Assembly: GCA_039111475.1 (NCBI GenBank)
Contig: JBCCIP010000027.1
Coordinates: 11,964 to 75,963 of the forward strand
Direction of reading: 5' to 3'
Length of the DNA: 64,000 nt
Source: Pseudomonadota bacterium
GTDB taxonomy: Bacteria > Pseudomonadota > Gammaproteobacteria > Pseudomonadales > JAUIET01
Below the pieces are notes generated by a model. It saw only the letters and a list, made by a program, of their open reading frames with translations, made no database searches and was not told where the DNA came from. This document shows, one piece after another, positions 40,861-51,128 of the stretch. Made by a program: the position numbers and the translations under genes. Within the stretch, counting starts at the first letter, position 1. Every line of letters starts with the position of its first letter.

Positions 40861-40890
40861 TTGACGGCAGAGCTGTGAATTTTTTATAGT
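40861..40890 (+). promoter_or_regulatory. candidate Pmra promoter of the dcw cluster
   Basis: TTGACG-N18-TATAGT (5/6 and 5/6 matches to consensus) lies immediately upstream of the GTGG repeats. Confidence 0.55.
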
Positions 40891-40893
40891 TCC

Positions 40894-40923
40894 TGTGTGG
40901 GGATTTGTGGTTATTTGTGGTTT
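40894..40923 (+). promoter_or_regulatory. probable MraZ operator: three 10-bp-phased direct repeats
   Basis: TGTGTGGGGA / TTTGTGGTTA / TTTGTGGTTT have GTGG cores at 40897, 40907 and 40917. Established MraZ operators are phased GTGG(G)-type direct repeats just downstream of Pmra (from memory of E. coli and mollicute work). Confidence 0.55.
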
Positions 40924-41082
40924 TAAAAGGTTTCAAGCGGATGTTTGAGGTCGAATAAGGCTTAATTTTTAGCCGAATATGACCAGGTTGGTTTTTGCGG
41001 CGCCACTTTACCCATTTGCTCGGTTGCCAGGCGGGTTGTCTGGACCATAAACAACGACATAACACGGGTTTCTTAAGCTGCA

Positions 41083-41532
41083 ATGTTCTTGGGTTCGTTC
41101 GAAGCGACGATGGACACTAAGGGGCGATTTACGCTCCCTGGAACCTTGCGCGAAAAATTGCCTGAACATTCCAAAGGTCTGACGGTGACTTCCGATCCGA
41201 TGCAGGATTGCTTGCTGATCTATACGCAAGACCACTGGCATGAGGTATTAAACGACCTGCTTAGTAGGCCCAATACCGATGACACGGTGAAGGCATTTGG
41301 GCAAATCTTGATGGGCAATGCGCAGGAAGTTGAAGCTGACGGCAATGGCCGTCTTGTAGTTCCACCTTATTTGCGCAAATCAGCGCAACTGCAGAGAGAA
41401 CTGTTCATTCGCGGTGTCGGTAAAAAAATCGAAGTTTGGAGTGAGGAGTCGCATGCAGTTGCTGAGCGCAACCGATTGGCTTTGCTGCGCAACCCGGCTT
41501 CTCGAAGTTCGCTGTCTGGAATATCGTATTGA
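41083..41532 (+). CDS. mraZ: transcriptional regulator MraZ
   Basis: 149 aa (MFLGSFEATMDTKGRFTLPGTLREKL… and a second half …DGNGRLVVPPYLRK…), typical of MraZ. Confidence 0.93.
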   Translation: MFLGSFEATMDTKGRFTLPGTLREKLPEHSKGLTVTSDPMQDCLLIYTQDHWHEVLNDLLSRPNTDDTVKAFGQILMGNAQEVEADGNGRLVVPPYLRKSAQLQRELFIRGVGKKIEVWSEESHAVAERNRLALLRNPASRSSLSGISY

Positions 41533-41534
41533 TC

Positions 41535-42494
41535 ATGAAGGCGAGCGAATCATCAAATGACCATTCAGCAGAACACAAAACAGTGTTACTTCGTGAGGCC
41601 TGCGAGGCTTTGCTGTGGGATGAGTCGGGTATCTATATTGACGGTACCTTCGGTAGAGGCGGGCATGCCCGACGTATATTGAAGCACTTGTCTGCCAGCG
41701 GACGTTTGCTCGGGTTTGATAAAGATCCACAGGCCGTTGAGGTTGGTGGGCAACTGGCTGCCGAAGACCAGCGCTTTAGTATGCATTCGGGCTCCTTCTT
41801 GGGCGTTGCTGATCTTGGCCTGGATGGAGAAGTAGCCGGAATTCTGCTTGATCTCGGTGTGTCATCACCCCAGCTCGATAACGCAGAGCGAGGGTTTAGT
41901 TTTCAGCACGACGGCCCTCTAGATATGCGCATGGATCCTGATTCCGGAACCAGCGCCGCGCAATGGCTGGCTGCGGTTGATGAGGGCGAACTGTGCAGAG
42001 TGCTGAAAACCTATGGCGAAGAGCGTTTTGCCAGGCGTATTGCGGCTGCGATTGTGCAGCGCCGAGAGGAAAAAGCGATTACCCGTACGGCCGAGCTGGC
42101 GGAGCTGATAAAGCAGGCGCACCCTCGTTGGGAAAAGGACAAACACCCGGCAACACGGAGTTTTCAGGCTATTCGTATTCATTTGAATCAAGAGCTTGAG
42201 GAACTGGAAGGCGTGCTCGATTTGGCCGAGAATCTGCTGGTTAATAAGGGTCGACTGGTTGTTATCAGCTTTCATTCCTTGGAAGACCGACTGACCAAAC
42301 GACGCATGCGAGGTGCTTCGCACACCGAGAGGGTGCCTAGACACATACCGCTTCGAGAAAGCGAGCTGATAAAGCCGGGCTTACGCTTGCTGGGCAAAGC
42401 GATCAGAAGTAGCGCTGAGGAAACGCTGGCGAATAGACGAGCACGCAGTGCGATTATGCGTGTTGCGGAGCGCGTCAGAGAGCAGGCCGCATGA
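41535..42494 (+). CDS. rsmH: 16S rRNA (cytosine1402-N4)-methyltransferase
   Basis: HKTVLLREACEAL…DGTFGRGGHA… is typical of RsmH. I chose the ATG at 41535; the track ORF starts at TTG 41529. Confidence 0.95.
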   Translation: MKASESSNDHSAEHKTVLLREACEALLWDESGIYIDGTFGRGGHARRILKHLSASGRLLGFDKDPQAVEVGGQLAAEDQRFSMHSGSFLGVADLGLDGEVAGILLDLGVSSPQLDNAERGFSFQHDGPLDMRMDPDSGTSAAQWLAAVDEGELCRVLKTYGEERFARRIAAAIVQRREEKAITRTAELAELIKQAHPRWEKDKHPATRSFQAIRIHLNQELEELEGVLDLAENLLVNKGRLVVISFHSLEDRLTKRRMRGASHTERVPRHIPLRESELIKPGLRLLGKAIRSSAEETLANRRARSAIMRVAERVREQAA

Positions 42495-42868
42495 AAGCAC
42501 AAGAAAATAGAACAATTCAATATTCAGAACGACAGAGTAGATCGGGCGCAATGCAAACATCAAAAATGAACAGAACTCGATTGCAATCAACGCTATCCGG
42601 TCTTGCGCAGCCCGGCCAGCTACTGTTGCTAATTATGGTCATTCTCAGCGCGCTTGCAGTTGTTTTCAGCAGCTATCAATCACGACAGTTGTTTCACGAG
42701 TTACAAACCCTGCAGCGTGAGGTAGGCAGCTTACACCTGGAATGGCGGCAGCTGCTGGTAGAAGAAGGTGCGTTTTCAACCCATATACGAGTTGAAAACA
42801 CCGCGACCGCAGAGCTGGGCATGCAGGCACCAGGATCTGATAATACGATTGCCGTGCGCGAGCACTAG
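42491..42868 (+). CDS. ftsL: cell division protein FtsL
   Basis: A small bitopic protein (TM segment LLLLIMVILSALAVVF followed by a coiled coil) between rsmH and ftsI. Its ATG overlaps the rsmH stop, and an internal Met start is possible. Confidence 0.8.
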   Translation: MKAQENRTIQYSERQSRSGAMQTSKMNRTRLQSTLSGLAQPGQLLLLIMVILSALAVVFSSYQSRQLFHELQTLQREVGSLHLEWRQLLVEEGAFSTHIRVENTATAELGMQAPGSDNTIAVREH

Positions 42869-42881
42869 AGATTTATTGACC

Positions 42882-44585
42882 ATGAAACAACAAGCGGCTG
42901 TTGCCAACGGAGTGCTGCAACCGTGGCGCTACCGTTTGGTATTAGCCGCTCTAGTTTTGTTGGCTTGCGCTTTGGTTCTCCGATTGGTGAGCCTTCAATT
43001 AGCGCATGGCGCAGGTGGTGCTCAGTATTTGCAGCGCGCCGGGGACGCCCGATCACTTCGAACAGTCCAGGATACAGCCCACAGAGGCATGATTTCTGAC
43101 CGCAATGGCAGGCCACTGGCCATCAGTACGCCCGTCAAGTCTTTGTGGGTGGAGCCAAGAAAAATACAAGCGGAAAAAGTATCGCTTGTTGCAAGCGCAC
43201 TGGGCCTGGATTCAGAGAAGTTGATCCTCAAAATAGCTCAAAACTCGGCAAAGGAATTTCTTTATGTAGCCCGCCAGCTTTCTCCAAGCAAAGCTGATCA
43301 GATCATGCAACTGGGTATCAGTGGCTTGCATGCTGCCACTGAATACAAACGATATTATCCTGCCGCCGACGTGTCGGCCCATTTACTCGGGTTCACCGAC
43401 ACTGATGATCGTGGTGTAGATGGTTTGGAATGGACTTACAACTCCTTACTCAGCGGTAAATCAGGCACCAAGCGCGTTCTCAAAAATCGCCGTGGCGAGA
43501 TAATACAACACATAGAAAGTGTTAGAAACGTTGTGCATGGCGAAGATCTACAGCTGAGCATCGATCTGCGATTACAGTATTACGCGCACAAAGAGCTGAG
43601 GGCAGCTGTGGAGAAATTTGGTGCAAAGTCCGGGTCGGTTGTCGTGTTGGACGTAGAAAGTAATGAAGTTTTGGCCATGGTCAACGCGCCAACATTCAAT
43701 CCGAACGAGCGCAGCACTCTGGATATGGACAGTGTGCGCAACAGAGCCGTTACTGACGTGTTTGAACCCGGCTCTACGATGAAACCGCTGGCCATGATTG
43801 CAGCGCTGGAGAGCGGCCGCTACACGCCAAAAACGATAGTTGATACATCGCCAGGATACATCAGTGTAGAAGGCAAACTATTGGCGGATTCCAGTAATTA
43901 CGGCGAGCTGGATTTGACCGGAATATTGAGCAAGAGCAGCCAGGTTGGTACCAGCAAGATTGCGCTGGACTTGGGCGGGCCAGCGATTAGAGGCGTATTG
44001 CAGCGTTTTGGCTTAGGACAGTCGTTAGCTACAGGTTTTCCCGGAGAGAGTTTTGGCTCGCTACCGGATTACACCAATTGGCACCCCTTGCACACCGTGA
44101 CTATGGCTTACGGCTATGGGGTGGCGACCACGCCGCTGCAACTGGCGCAGTGCTACAGCATATTGGCTAATAATGGGCTGCGCAAAGACGTGTCTTTGAT
44201 TCGTGTTACAGACCCTGTGTATGCCGAGCGCGTCGTTGATGAGCAACTGGTTGTGCAGATTAATCGTATGCTGGCTGCAGTTACCCTACGGGGCGGAACG
44301 GGAACGCGTGCCAGTACAGAGCGCTACAGCGTTGCAGGAAAAACAGGAACGTTGCACCGCCTTGGCAAACAAGGCTATGAGGGTGACAGGTACGTGGCAG
44401 TATTCGCCGGTTTTGCGCCTGCGGTTAAGCCGCGCCTCGCAGCCGCGGTATTTATTGATGACCCGGGCGTTGGTACCTATTACGGTGGTGAGGTTGCAGC
44501 GCCTGTGTTCTCCAGAATAGTGGGCGAAAGTTTGCGTTTGCTGAACGTGGCGCCAGACGCTCTGCAGCTTGCTGCAGCAAACTAG
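42882..44585 (+). CDS. ftsI: peptidoglycan D,D-transpeptidase FtsI (PBP3)
   Basis: I trimmed the start to MKQQAAVANGVLQPWRYRL…. The STMKP (SxxK) and KTGT motifs are present. Confidence 0.95.
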   Translation: MKQQAAVANGVLQPWRYRLVLAALVLLACALVLRLVSLQLAHGAGGAQYLQRAGDARSLRTVQDTAHRGMISDRNGRPLAISTPVKSLWVEPRKIQAEKVSLVASALGLDSEKLILKIAQNSAKEFLYVARQLSPSKADQIMQLGISGLHAATEYKRYYPAADVSAHLLGFTDTDDRGVDGLEWTYNSLLSGKSGTKRVLKNRRGEIIQHIESVRNVVHGEDLQLSIDLRLQYYAHKELRAAVEKFGAKSGSVVVLDVESNEVLAMVNAPTFNPNERSTLDMDSVRNRAVTDVFEPGSTMKPLAMIAALESGRYTPKTIVDTSPGYISVEGKLLADSSNYGELDLTGILSKSSQVGTSKIALDLGGPAIRGVLQRFGLGQSLATGFPGESFGSLPDYTNWHPLHTVTMAYGYGVATTPLQLAQCYSILANNGLRKDVSLIRVTDPVYAERVVDEQLVVQINRMLAAVTLRGGTGTRASTERYSVAGKTGTLHRLGKQGYEGDRYVAVFAGFAPAVKPRLAAAVFIDDPGVGTYYGGEVAAPVFSRIVGESLRLLNVAPDALQLAAAN

Positions 44586-44586
44586 T

Positions 44587-46080
44587 ATGATGCTTAGTGA
44601 GTTGCTTGAAGATACTCGGACCGTGCCGAGTATTGACCACGAAATTAGTGAGCTATCTCTGGACAGTCGAATCGGCATTGATGGCGCCGCTTTTTTTGCG
44701 CTGCAAGGCTCAACTCTTCATGGAATGAGATTTGCCCATCAGGCCATAGAAAATGGTGCCGTAGCGATTGTGCACGATGGTCTAGCAACGCTGCCCAACG
44801 ACCTGCCGGAAGGTATTGGTATTGCGCAACTGGAATCACCGCGCGGTCACCTCGGTAATCTTGCGGCTCGGTTTTACAATTCCAATAGTGCTCAAAGCAA
44901 AGTGGTTGCTTTCACCGGTACCAACGGCAAGACCAGCTGCGTACTGAACTTCTCGAGCTTGGCAAATTCAAGTGGATTACGCAGTGGAGTCATTGGTACT
45001 TTGGGTTGGGGGTACGCAGAGCAACTTATCAGCACTGGGTTGACGACGCCAGATGTATTTACGGTCCACCGCATTGTACAGGCAATGAATGAGCAGGGAT
45101 GCGAGGCGATTGCATTGGAGGCTTCTTCACACGCGCTGGATCAAGGTCGTCTTGACGGCTTGGACATTGGTACAGCCGTTTTTACTAATATCAGCAGGGA
45201 CCATCTCGACTTTCATAAAAACGTTGATAACTACGCGGCGGCCAAGTCACGATTGTTTCAGCGTTCCGAAATAGAAACCGCGGTAATAAATATCGATTCC
45301 GATTTCGCGCAGCGCATGATCCAGCCTGTGTGTCCCTCCGCTAGATTGCTCAGTTATTCCATGAGCGATGCTGCGGCCGACGTGTTTGCTGAGAATATCC
45401 AATTACATGAGCAAGGTAGTCGTTTTGATCTGCGCACGCCTTGGGGTACAGACCACTTTGAGTTGAACCAAATGGGGCGTTTCAATATCGCCAATCTGTT
45501 GGCCGTGGTCGCCGCACTTTGTGCACAAGGCGTGCGATTCGACAGTCTCAAAGAGGCCGTGCAGCAGCTGGAGACGGTGCCAGGCCGCATGCAACGGGTG
45601 CAAGTGAGTAGTGCTAAGGCACCCACAACAATAGTGGACTATGCGCACACGCCTGATGCGCTGGCGCAAGTATTGGTCGCAGTATCCCAGCACTGTTCTG
45701 GAAAGCTATGGGTTGTATTCGGCTGTGGCGGCGACAGAGATCGGGGAAAGCGAGCAGAAATGGCTGCAGTCGCTGAGACTTGTGCAGATCAAATCGTAGT
45801 GACCAGCGACAACCCACGGAGTGAGAGTCCAGCGCAGATTATCGCCGATATTGTTGGCGGCTTCGCCGAAGGAAGCTCGAGTGCCAAGCACATACACGTA
45901 GAAGTTGATCGTAAGCGCGCCATTGAGTGGGCGGTCGGTGCTGCGGCGACCGAAGACTGCGTAGTTATAGCCGGTAAAGGCCACGAGAAATTCCAGATTA
46001 TCGGGCCGGCAAAGATTCCGTTCGACGATGTACAAGTTGCAACGGCTACTCTGCAGCGGCGAACGGAGCAATGCTCGTGA
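44587..46080 (+). CDS. murE: UDP-N-acetylmuramoyl-L-alanyl-D-glutamate--2,6-diaminopimelate ligase
   Basis: Mur ligase with GTNGKTS and a DNPR motif. The ATG at 44587 is 1 nt after the ftsI stop. Confidence 0.95.
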   Translation: MMLSELLEDTRTVPSIDHEISELSLDSRIGIDGAAFFALQGSTLHGMRFAHQAIENGAVAIVHDGLATLPNDLPEGIGIAQLESPRGHLGNLAARFYNSNSAQSKVVAFTGTNGKTSCVLNFSSLANSSGLRSGVIGTLGWGYAEQLISTGLTTPDVFTVHRIVQAMNEQGCEAIALEASSHALDQGRLDGLDIGTAVFTNISRDHLDFHKNVDNYAAAKSRLFQRSEIETAVINIDSDFAQRMIQPVCPSARLLSYSMSDAAADVFAENIQLHEQGSRFDLRTPWGTDHFELNQMGRFNIANLLAVVAALCAQGVRFDSLKEAVQQLETVPGRMQRVQVSSAKAPTTIVDYAHTPDALAQVLVAVSQHCSGKLWVVFGCGGDRDRGKRAEMAAVAETCADQIVVTSDNPRSESPAQIIADIVGGFAEGSSSAKHIHVEVDRKRAIEWAVGAAATEDCVVIAGKGHEKFQIIGPAKIPFDDVQVATATLQRRTEQCS

Positions 46081-47465
46081 TCCACCCGGCAGATTTGAAT
46101 TCACTGCAGGCCTTGTGCGGTGGCACTGTGCATGGAAGTAATCAACAATTCGATGCAATCTCTACTGATACTCGGCAGCTTAGCCGTGGTGAGTTGTTCG
46201 TTGCTCTGCGCGGTGAGCGTTTTGATGCTGCCGATTTCTTGCTGCAGGCCGAACGCGCTGGCGCATGCGCGGCAGTTGTCGATCAATTTGATGAACGCTG
46301 TGGTCTAAGTCAGTTAGTTGTCGACGACACCTTATTGGCGCTTGGTCAAATTGCTGCGAGCCAGCGTGAGTATTTTACCAAGCCAGTGATTGCAATCACT
46401 GGCAGTGTTGGTAAAACAACCTGTAAGGAAATGCTAGACGCTATTCTCTCTCGAAGCGGTGCGGTGCTAGCAACCGAGGGCAATCTGAATAATGAGATTG
46501 GCGTGCCGCTTACGCTGTTCAGGCTGGCATCTGAGCACGATTTTGCGGTAATTGAGATGGGTGCCGGCAAGCCCGGTGATATTGCGTATCTATCAAATAT
46601 TGTCAGGCCCAACGTCGCATTGGTGACGACGGTGGCGGCAGCTCATCTGGAGGGGTTTGGTTCAATTGAGGCGATTGCTGCGACCAAAACAGAAATTTAC
46701 GGAGGTCTTGCTGCGGGGGGCTGGGCGGTTGTGAATATGGACAATGCGTTCACCCGGAAATGGGCGGCTGAAAAATCCGATTCCAATCTGATAGGCTTCA
46801 GCGCAGAACATGACCACGTTGACGTTTGTGCGACAGAAATAGAGCAAATCGAAAATTCAACGTCAGCGCCGGGCTGTTTCCGGTTTGAGCTTCACTTGCC
46901 CAAAGAGCATGCCCTTGTTGAGCTTAGTGTGGCCGGCAGGCACATGGTAAGCAATGCTCTGGCGGCAGCCGCCTGCGCGCACAGTGCGGGTGCGAGCGTG
47001 GCTGATATTGCCGCAGGCCTATCCAGTTACCAGGGATACGCTGGGCGGATGCAACAGCTTAACGGTGTTAACGACAGTAGAGTCATTGACGACAGTTACA
47101 ACGCTAACCCCACGTCAATGCGAGCCGCAATTGACGTATTGGCAACAATGTCTGGCTTGCGCATTTTGATTATGGGCGATATGGCAGAGCTCGGTGAGAC
47201 TGAAAAGGAATTGCACGCAGAGATTGGCCGTTATGCGCGGCAGTCTGATATTGATCATCTGCTGTGCGTAGGCGAGCTGAGCGCATTAGCGGCGAAGGAG
47301 TTTGGTGCGGCGGGCGAAATTTTCTCCAGCAATTCTGATTGCGCAGCGCGTTGCAGAGAATTGCTGGTGGGTGGGATGAAGGACGCCAGCGTGCTCGTTA
47401 AGGGCTCACGGTCGGCTGGAATGGAATCGGTACTTGCACAACTATTAAAACGAACCGAGAACTAG
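46071..47465 (+). CDS. murF: UDP-N-acetylmuramoyl-tripeptide--D-alanyl-D-alanine ligase
   Basis: 464 aa Mur ligase with GSVGKTT, in the dcw order. Confidence 0.93.
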   Translation: MLVIHPADLNSLQALCGGTVHGSNQQFDAISTDTRQLSRGELFVALRGERFDAADFLLQAERAGACAAVVDQFDERCGLSQLVVDDTLLALGQIAASQREYFTKPVIAITGSVGKTTCKEMLDAILSRSGAVLATEGNLNNEIGVPLTLFRLASEHDFAVIEMGAGKPGDIAYLSNIVRPNVALVTTVAAAHLEGFGSIEAIAATKTEIYGGLAAGGWAVVNMDNAFTRKWAAEKSDSNLIGFSAEHDHVDVCATEIEQIENSTSAPGCFRFELHLPKEHALVELSVAGRHMVSNALAAAACAHSAGASVADIAAGLSSYQGYAGRMQQLNGVNDSRVIDDSYNANPTSMRAAIDVLATMSGLRILIMGDMAELGETEKELHAEIGRYARQSDIDHLLCVGELSALAAKEFGAAGEIFSSNSDCAARCRELLVGGMKDASVLVKGSRSAGMESVLAQLLKRTEN

Positions 47466-47477
47466 GGAGCCACTGAT

Positions 47478-48560
47478 ATGCTGCTTTGGATATCACAATA
47501 CCTGGCTGAAATTTACAGCCCGTTTCAGGTTTTTCAGTATCTAACCTTGCGCGGCATCCTTAGTGTACTTACCTCTCTAGCCATTACCTTAGTTGTCGGG
47601 CCGATGATGATACAGCGGCTCAATTTCCATCAGATTGGACAAACAGTTCGTCATGATGGACCGGAAAGCCACTTCAGTAAAAGTGGCACGCCAACTATGG
47701 GCGGCGCGCTCATATTGGTTGGAATATTTGTTAGCACTTTATTATGGGGTGATCTGGGAAGCCGCTACGTATGGACGGTGTTATTCGTTACTTTTGTGTT
47801 TGGTGCGGTTGGCTGGGTTGATGATTATCGTAAGGTGATCGAAAAAGATTCGCGCGGACTTCCCGCTAGATGGAAGTTTTTCTGGCAATCCGTTGGCGGT
47901 ATGAGTGCCGCAGTGTTCTTGTACTTGACGGCCGAACACGCTGTCGAAACGCAGTTGTATGTACCCTTCTTTAAAAACGTCATCATTGATCTGGGTCCGT
48001 TTTTTATCGCCCTAACTTTTTTTGTTGTCGTGGGTAGCAGCAACGCCGTCAACCTGACAGATGGGTTGGACGGCCTGGCTATTTTGCCAAGCGTTCTTAT
48101 TGCTACCGCGCTTGCTGCTATTGCCTATCTCAGTGGGAATGTCAATTTTGCAGACTACCTGCATATAGGGTACGTACCAGGCGCCGGTGAGTTGATCGTG
48201 TTCTGCGGAGCGTTGGCAGGCGCAGGCCTGGGGTTTCTCTGGTTCAACACCTATCCAGCGCAAATATTCATGGGCGACGTTGGCGCTTTGGCGCTGGGTG
48301 CTGCGCTGGGTGTGATTGCAGTGATCACGCGACACGAAATCGTTTTCTTTATTATGGCCGGTGTGTTTGTAATGGAAACTGTGTCGGTCATTCTACAGGT
48401 TGCTTCATTTAAGCTCACTGGAAAACGAATCTTTCGAATGGCGCCCATTCACCACCATTTCGAGCTGAAGGGTTGGCCCGAACCGCGCGTGATTGTACGT
48501 TTCTGGATTATCACTGTGATGCTGGTGTTGTTTGGCCTAGCTACGCTCAAGTTGCGTTAG
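47478..48560 (+). CDS. mraY: phospho-N-acetylmuramoyl-pentapeptide transferase
   Basis: 360 aa, polytopic (…[13 protein letters not shown]…HHHFEL…). Confidence 0.97.
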   Translation: MLLWISQYLAEIYSPFQVFQYLTLRGILSVLTSLAITLVVGPMMIQRLNFHQIGQTVRHDGPESHFSKSGTPTMGGALILVGIFVSTLLWGDLGSRYVWTVLFVTFVFGAVGWVDDYRKVIEKDSRGLPARWKFFWQSVGGMSAAVFLYLTAEHAVETQLYVPFFKNVIIDLGPFFIALTFFVVVGSSNAVNLTDGLDGLAILPSVLIATALAAIAYLSGNVNFADYLHIGYVPGAGELIVFCGALAGAGLGFLWFNTYPAQIFMGDVGALALGAALGVIAVITRHEIVFFIMAGVFVMETVSVILQVASFKLTGKRIFRMAPIHHHFELKGWPEPRVIVRFWIITVMLVLFGLATLKLR

Positions 48561-48567
48561 TGCAAGG

Positions 48568-49959
48568 GTGAATTTGATGACCGCAGCTTCAAAGCATTCC
48601 CTGCCAACCCTTGAATACACCGTGATCGGTGTGGGTGCTACAGGGTTGTCATGTGCTCGTTACTTTCAAAATCGCGGTGATTCGTTTGCGCTATGCGATA
48701 CCCGCAGTAGTCCGCCTGGGGCTGCAGATGTGTTGCGTGAGTTTTCTGGTGTCGACATCTATTTCGGAGAACTGCCATTCGAGGTATTACGAAAATCCAA
48801 GCATTTACTCGTAAGCCCAGGTGTTTCGCTTGAGACGCCTGCCATAAAGCAAGTGCTGGATCAGGGGGTGATTCTGAGCAGCGACCTGGACTTGTTTCGA
48901 GCCGATATTACCTGCCCAATCGCCTGTGTAACAGGCTCTAATGGCAAGAGCACCGTCGCTACCTTATTAGCTGAAATGGCACAAGCGGCCGGTATCAAAG
49001 TGTGTCTCTGCGGCAATATTGGTTTGCCAGTACTGGATGCGATCGACGAATCGGTGGAACTGTACGTGCTCGAAGTGTCAAGTTTCCAGCTTGAGCGCAG
49101 TGCAGCGCTCAATGCAAGTGTAGCGACCATACTCAATATCAGCGCGGATCATATGGATAGATATTCTGATCTACAGAGCTATGCGGCATCGAAACACCGG
49201 GTATTCCATAACGCTGATAAATGCGTTGTTAACCGAGATGATGTAGCAAGCAATATTGAAAGTGGTGAGGTGTATTCAAGTTTTGGCTTGTCAGCACCCG
49301 CGGCCGGGCTATTTGGTGTTGCACAAGTTGCCGATAAATCCTGCCTGATGTATGGCGATTCGCCATTGTTACCGATATCTGACATGCGTTTAAAGGGAAC
49401 GCACAATGTTAGCAACGCATTGGCGGCACTTGCGCTTGCTCAGGCAGTTGGCATTTCATTGAGTGTGGCGTGCGATGTTCTGCGCACGTTCGCTGGCTTA
49501 CCGCACCGCTGTGAGCATATTGCCAATATCGAAGGCCGGACATTCATAAATGATTCCAAAGGTACGAATATTGGAGCAACCATCGCAGCTCTCGAAGGGC
49601 TTGGCGCTGCGGATGAACGCCGCATGGTGCTTATTGCTGGTGGGGTCGGAAAAGGCGCTGATTTCGGCGAAATGGCCGAGGCGGTGTCTGCTCATGCGCA
49701 CTCAGTACTTTTGTATGGAGAGGATGCTGAGAAAATTGCCGTGGCACTCGAAGCTCATACCGCCATTTATCGTTGTACTGATTTAACCGATGCGGTGAGA
49801 CAGGCTTATCGACTATCTCAAGCCGGAGACACTGTATTGTTCTCGCCGGCGTGCGCAAGTTTCGATATGTTCGATAATTTCGAGCAACGAGGAAATCGAT
49901 TTCGTGAATCAGTGCTGGCGTTTCGAGACAGAGTTTTAGTGACTGGAGCCAGCCAATGA
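48568..49959 (+). CDS. murD: UDP-N-acetylmuramoylalanine--D-glutamate ligase
   Basis: Mur ligase with GSNGKST. The start is GTG 48568 or ATG 48577. Confidence 0.95.
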   Translation: MNLMTAASKHSLPTLEYTVIGVGATGLSCARYFQNRGDSFALCDTRSSPPGAADVLREFSGVDIYFGELPFEVLRKSKHLLVSPGVSLETPAIKQVLDQGVILSSDLDLFRADITCPIACVTGSNGKSTVATLLAEMAQAAGIKVCLCGNIGLPVLDAIDESVELYVLEVSSFQLERSAALNASVATILNISADHMDRYSDLQSYAASKHRVFHNADKCVVNRDDVASNIESGEVYSSFGLSAPAAGLFGVAQVADKSCLMYGDSPLLPISDMRLKGTHNVSNALAALALAQAVGISLSVACDVLRTFAGLPHRCEHIANIEGRTFINDSKGTNIGATIAALEGLGAADERRMVLIAGGVGKGADFGEMAEAVSAHAHSVLLYGEDAEKIAVALEAHTAIYRCTDLTDAVRQAYRLSQAGDTVLFSPACASFDMFDNFEQRGNRFRESVLAFRDRVLVTGASQ

Positions 49960-51128
49960 CATCAGTCTCTGCGTATTCGTCGCTCCGAGCATTTAACCTG
50001 ATGCAAGAAAGAAACTTCAGTGTCGATAAAGCCTTGATGATCAGCTTTTGTGGCTTGCTCGCGACTGGCTTTGTGATGATGTCCTCTGCGTCTATGGAAT
50101 ACGCGGCGCAGCAATATGGCGATCCATGGTTTTACGTGATTCGCCAGGCTGTCTACATTGCTGTAATGCTGCTTCTGATGTGGGTAACCACCTATGTGCC
50201 GCTGGAATTTTGTCGAAAGCATTCTGCGCATTTGCTGTTGTTGGCGTTTCTCTTACTGCTCGCTGTATTGGTACCGGGTATTGGTAAAGAGGTTAACGGT
50301 AGTCGCCGCTGGATTGATCTGGGCGCGTTCAATTTGCAAGCATCTGAACTCGCCAAGCTGTTTGTGCTGACTTATCTGGCCGCCTATCTTGTTCGCCGTG
50401 AGCAAGAAGTTCGTACCGCGTGGCGCGGCTTTGTAAAGCCGCTGTTGGTGCTTACGGCAATGATCACTTTGTTGCTGATAGAGCCTGACTTTGGTGCGGT
50501 AGTGGTTTTGCTTAGCGCCGCACTGGGTATGATGTTCCTGGCGGGTGTTCGCCTGTCACATTTCTCCTTTGTAGTGTTTGGTAGTTTAGCGGCGGTCGCA
50601 CTAATGGTATCGCTTAGTCCTTATCGATTTCAGCGTTTTACGACTTTTCTGGATCCTTGGTCGCACCAGTTCGATGGCGGCTACCAACTTGTGCAGTCGT
50701 TGATTGCGTTTGGTCGCGGTGAGTGGTTCGGCCTGGGTCTTGGCCGTAGTGTGCAAAAATTGTTTTATCTGCCGGAGGCGCACACCGATTTTGTGTTTGC
50801 AATCATTGGCGAAGAGCTTGGTTTCCTTGGCGCAATGCTGGTGCTCTGTTTGTTCGCCATTCTTATATGGCGCATGTTTTGCATCGCCCGAACCGCTGAA
50901 CAACTGGGTCAAAAATTTGCGGCCTACCTGGCATACGGAATAGCCTTGTTGTTTGCAGCGCAGTGCACAATCAATATCGGCGTTAACGTGGGTCTGTTAC
51001 CAACAAAAGGTCTGACCTTGCCGTTCTTTAGCTATGGTGGTAGCAGCCTTTTGGTCTGCGGAGTTATGCTGGCGTTAGTCTGCCGGGTGGCGTTTGAATC
51101 GGAGGCTTCATGTCCGAAACCTTCGTAA
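49956..51128 (+). CDS. ftsW: SEDS-family peptidoglycan polymerase FtsW
   Basis: 390 aa, polytopic, with an ATGA overlap with murD, in the dcw order. Confidence 0.95.
   Translation: MTSVSAYSSLRAFNLMQERNFSVDKALMISFCGLLATGFVMMSSASMEYAAQQYGDPWFYVIRQAVYIAVMLLLMWVTTYVPLEFCRKHSAHLLLLAFLLLLAVLVPGIGKEVNGSRRWIDLGAFNLQASELAKLFVLTYLAAYLVRREQEVRTAWRGFVKPLLVLTAMITLLLIEPDFGAVVVLLSAALGMMFLAGVRLSHFSFVVFGSLAAVALMVSLSPYRFQRFTTFLDPWSHQFDGGYQLVQSLIAFGRGEWFGLGLGRSVQKLFYLPEAHTDFVFAIIGEELGFLGAMLVLCLFAILIWRMFCIARTAEQLGQKFAAYLAYGIALLFAAQCTINIGVNVGLLPTKGLTLPFFSYGGSSLLVCGVMLALVCRVAFESEASCPKPS

Noticed and set aside
40644-40889. 81-codon GTG-initiated ORF between rnpB and mraZ
   Set aside because: It has no Shine-Dalgarno, an Ala/Leu-rich low-complexity translation, and it reads through the Pmra -35/-10 hexamers. 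I kept it only as part of the low-interest note on the unassigned spacer.
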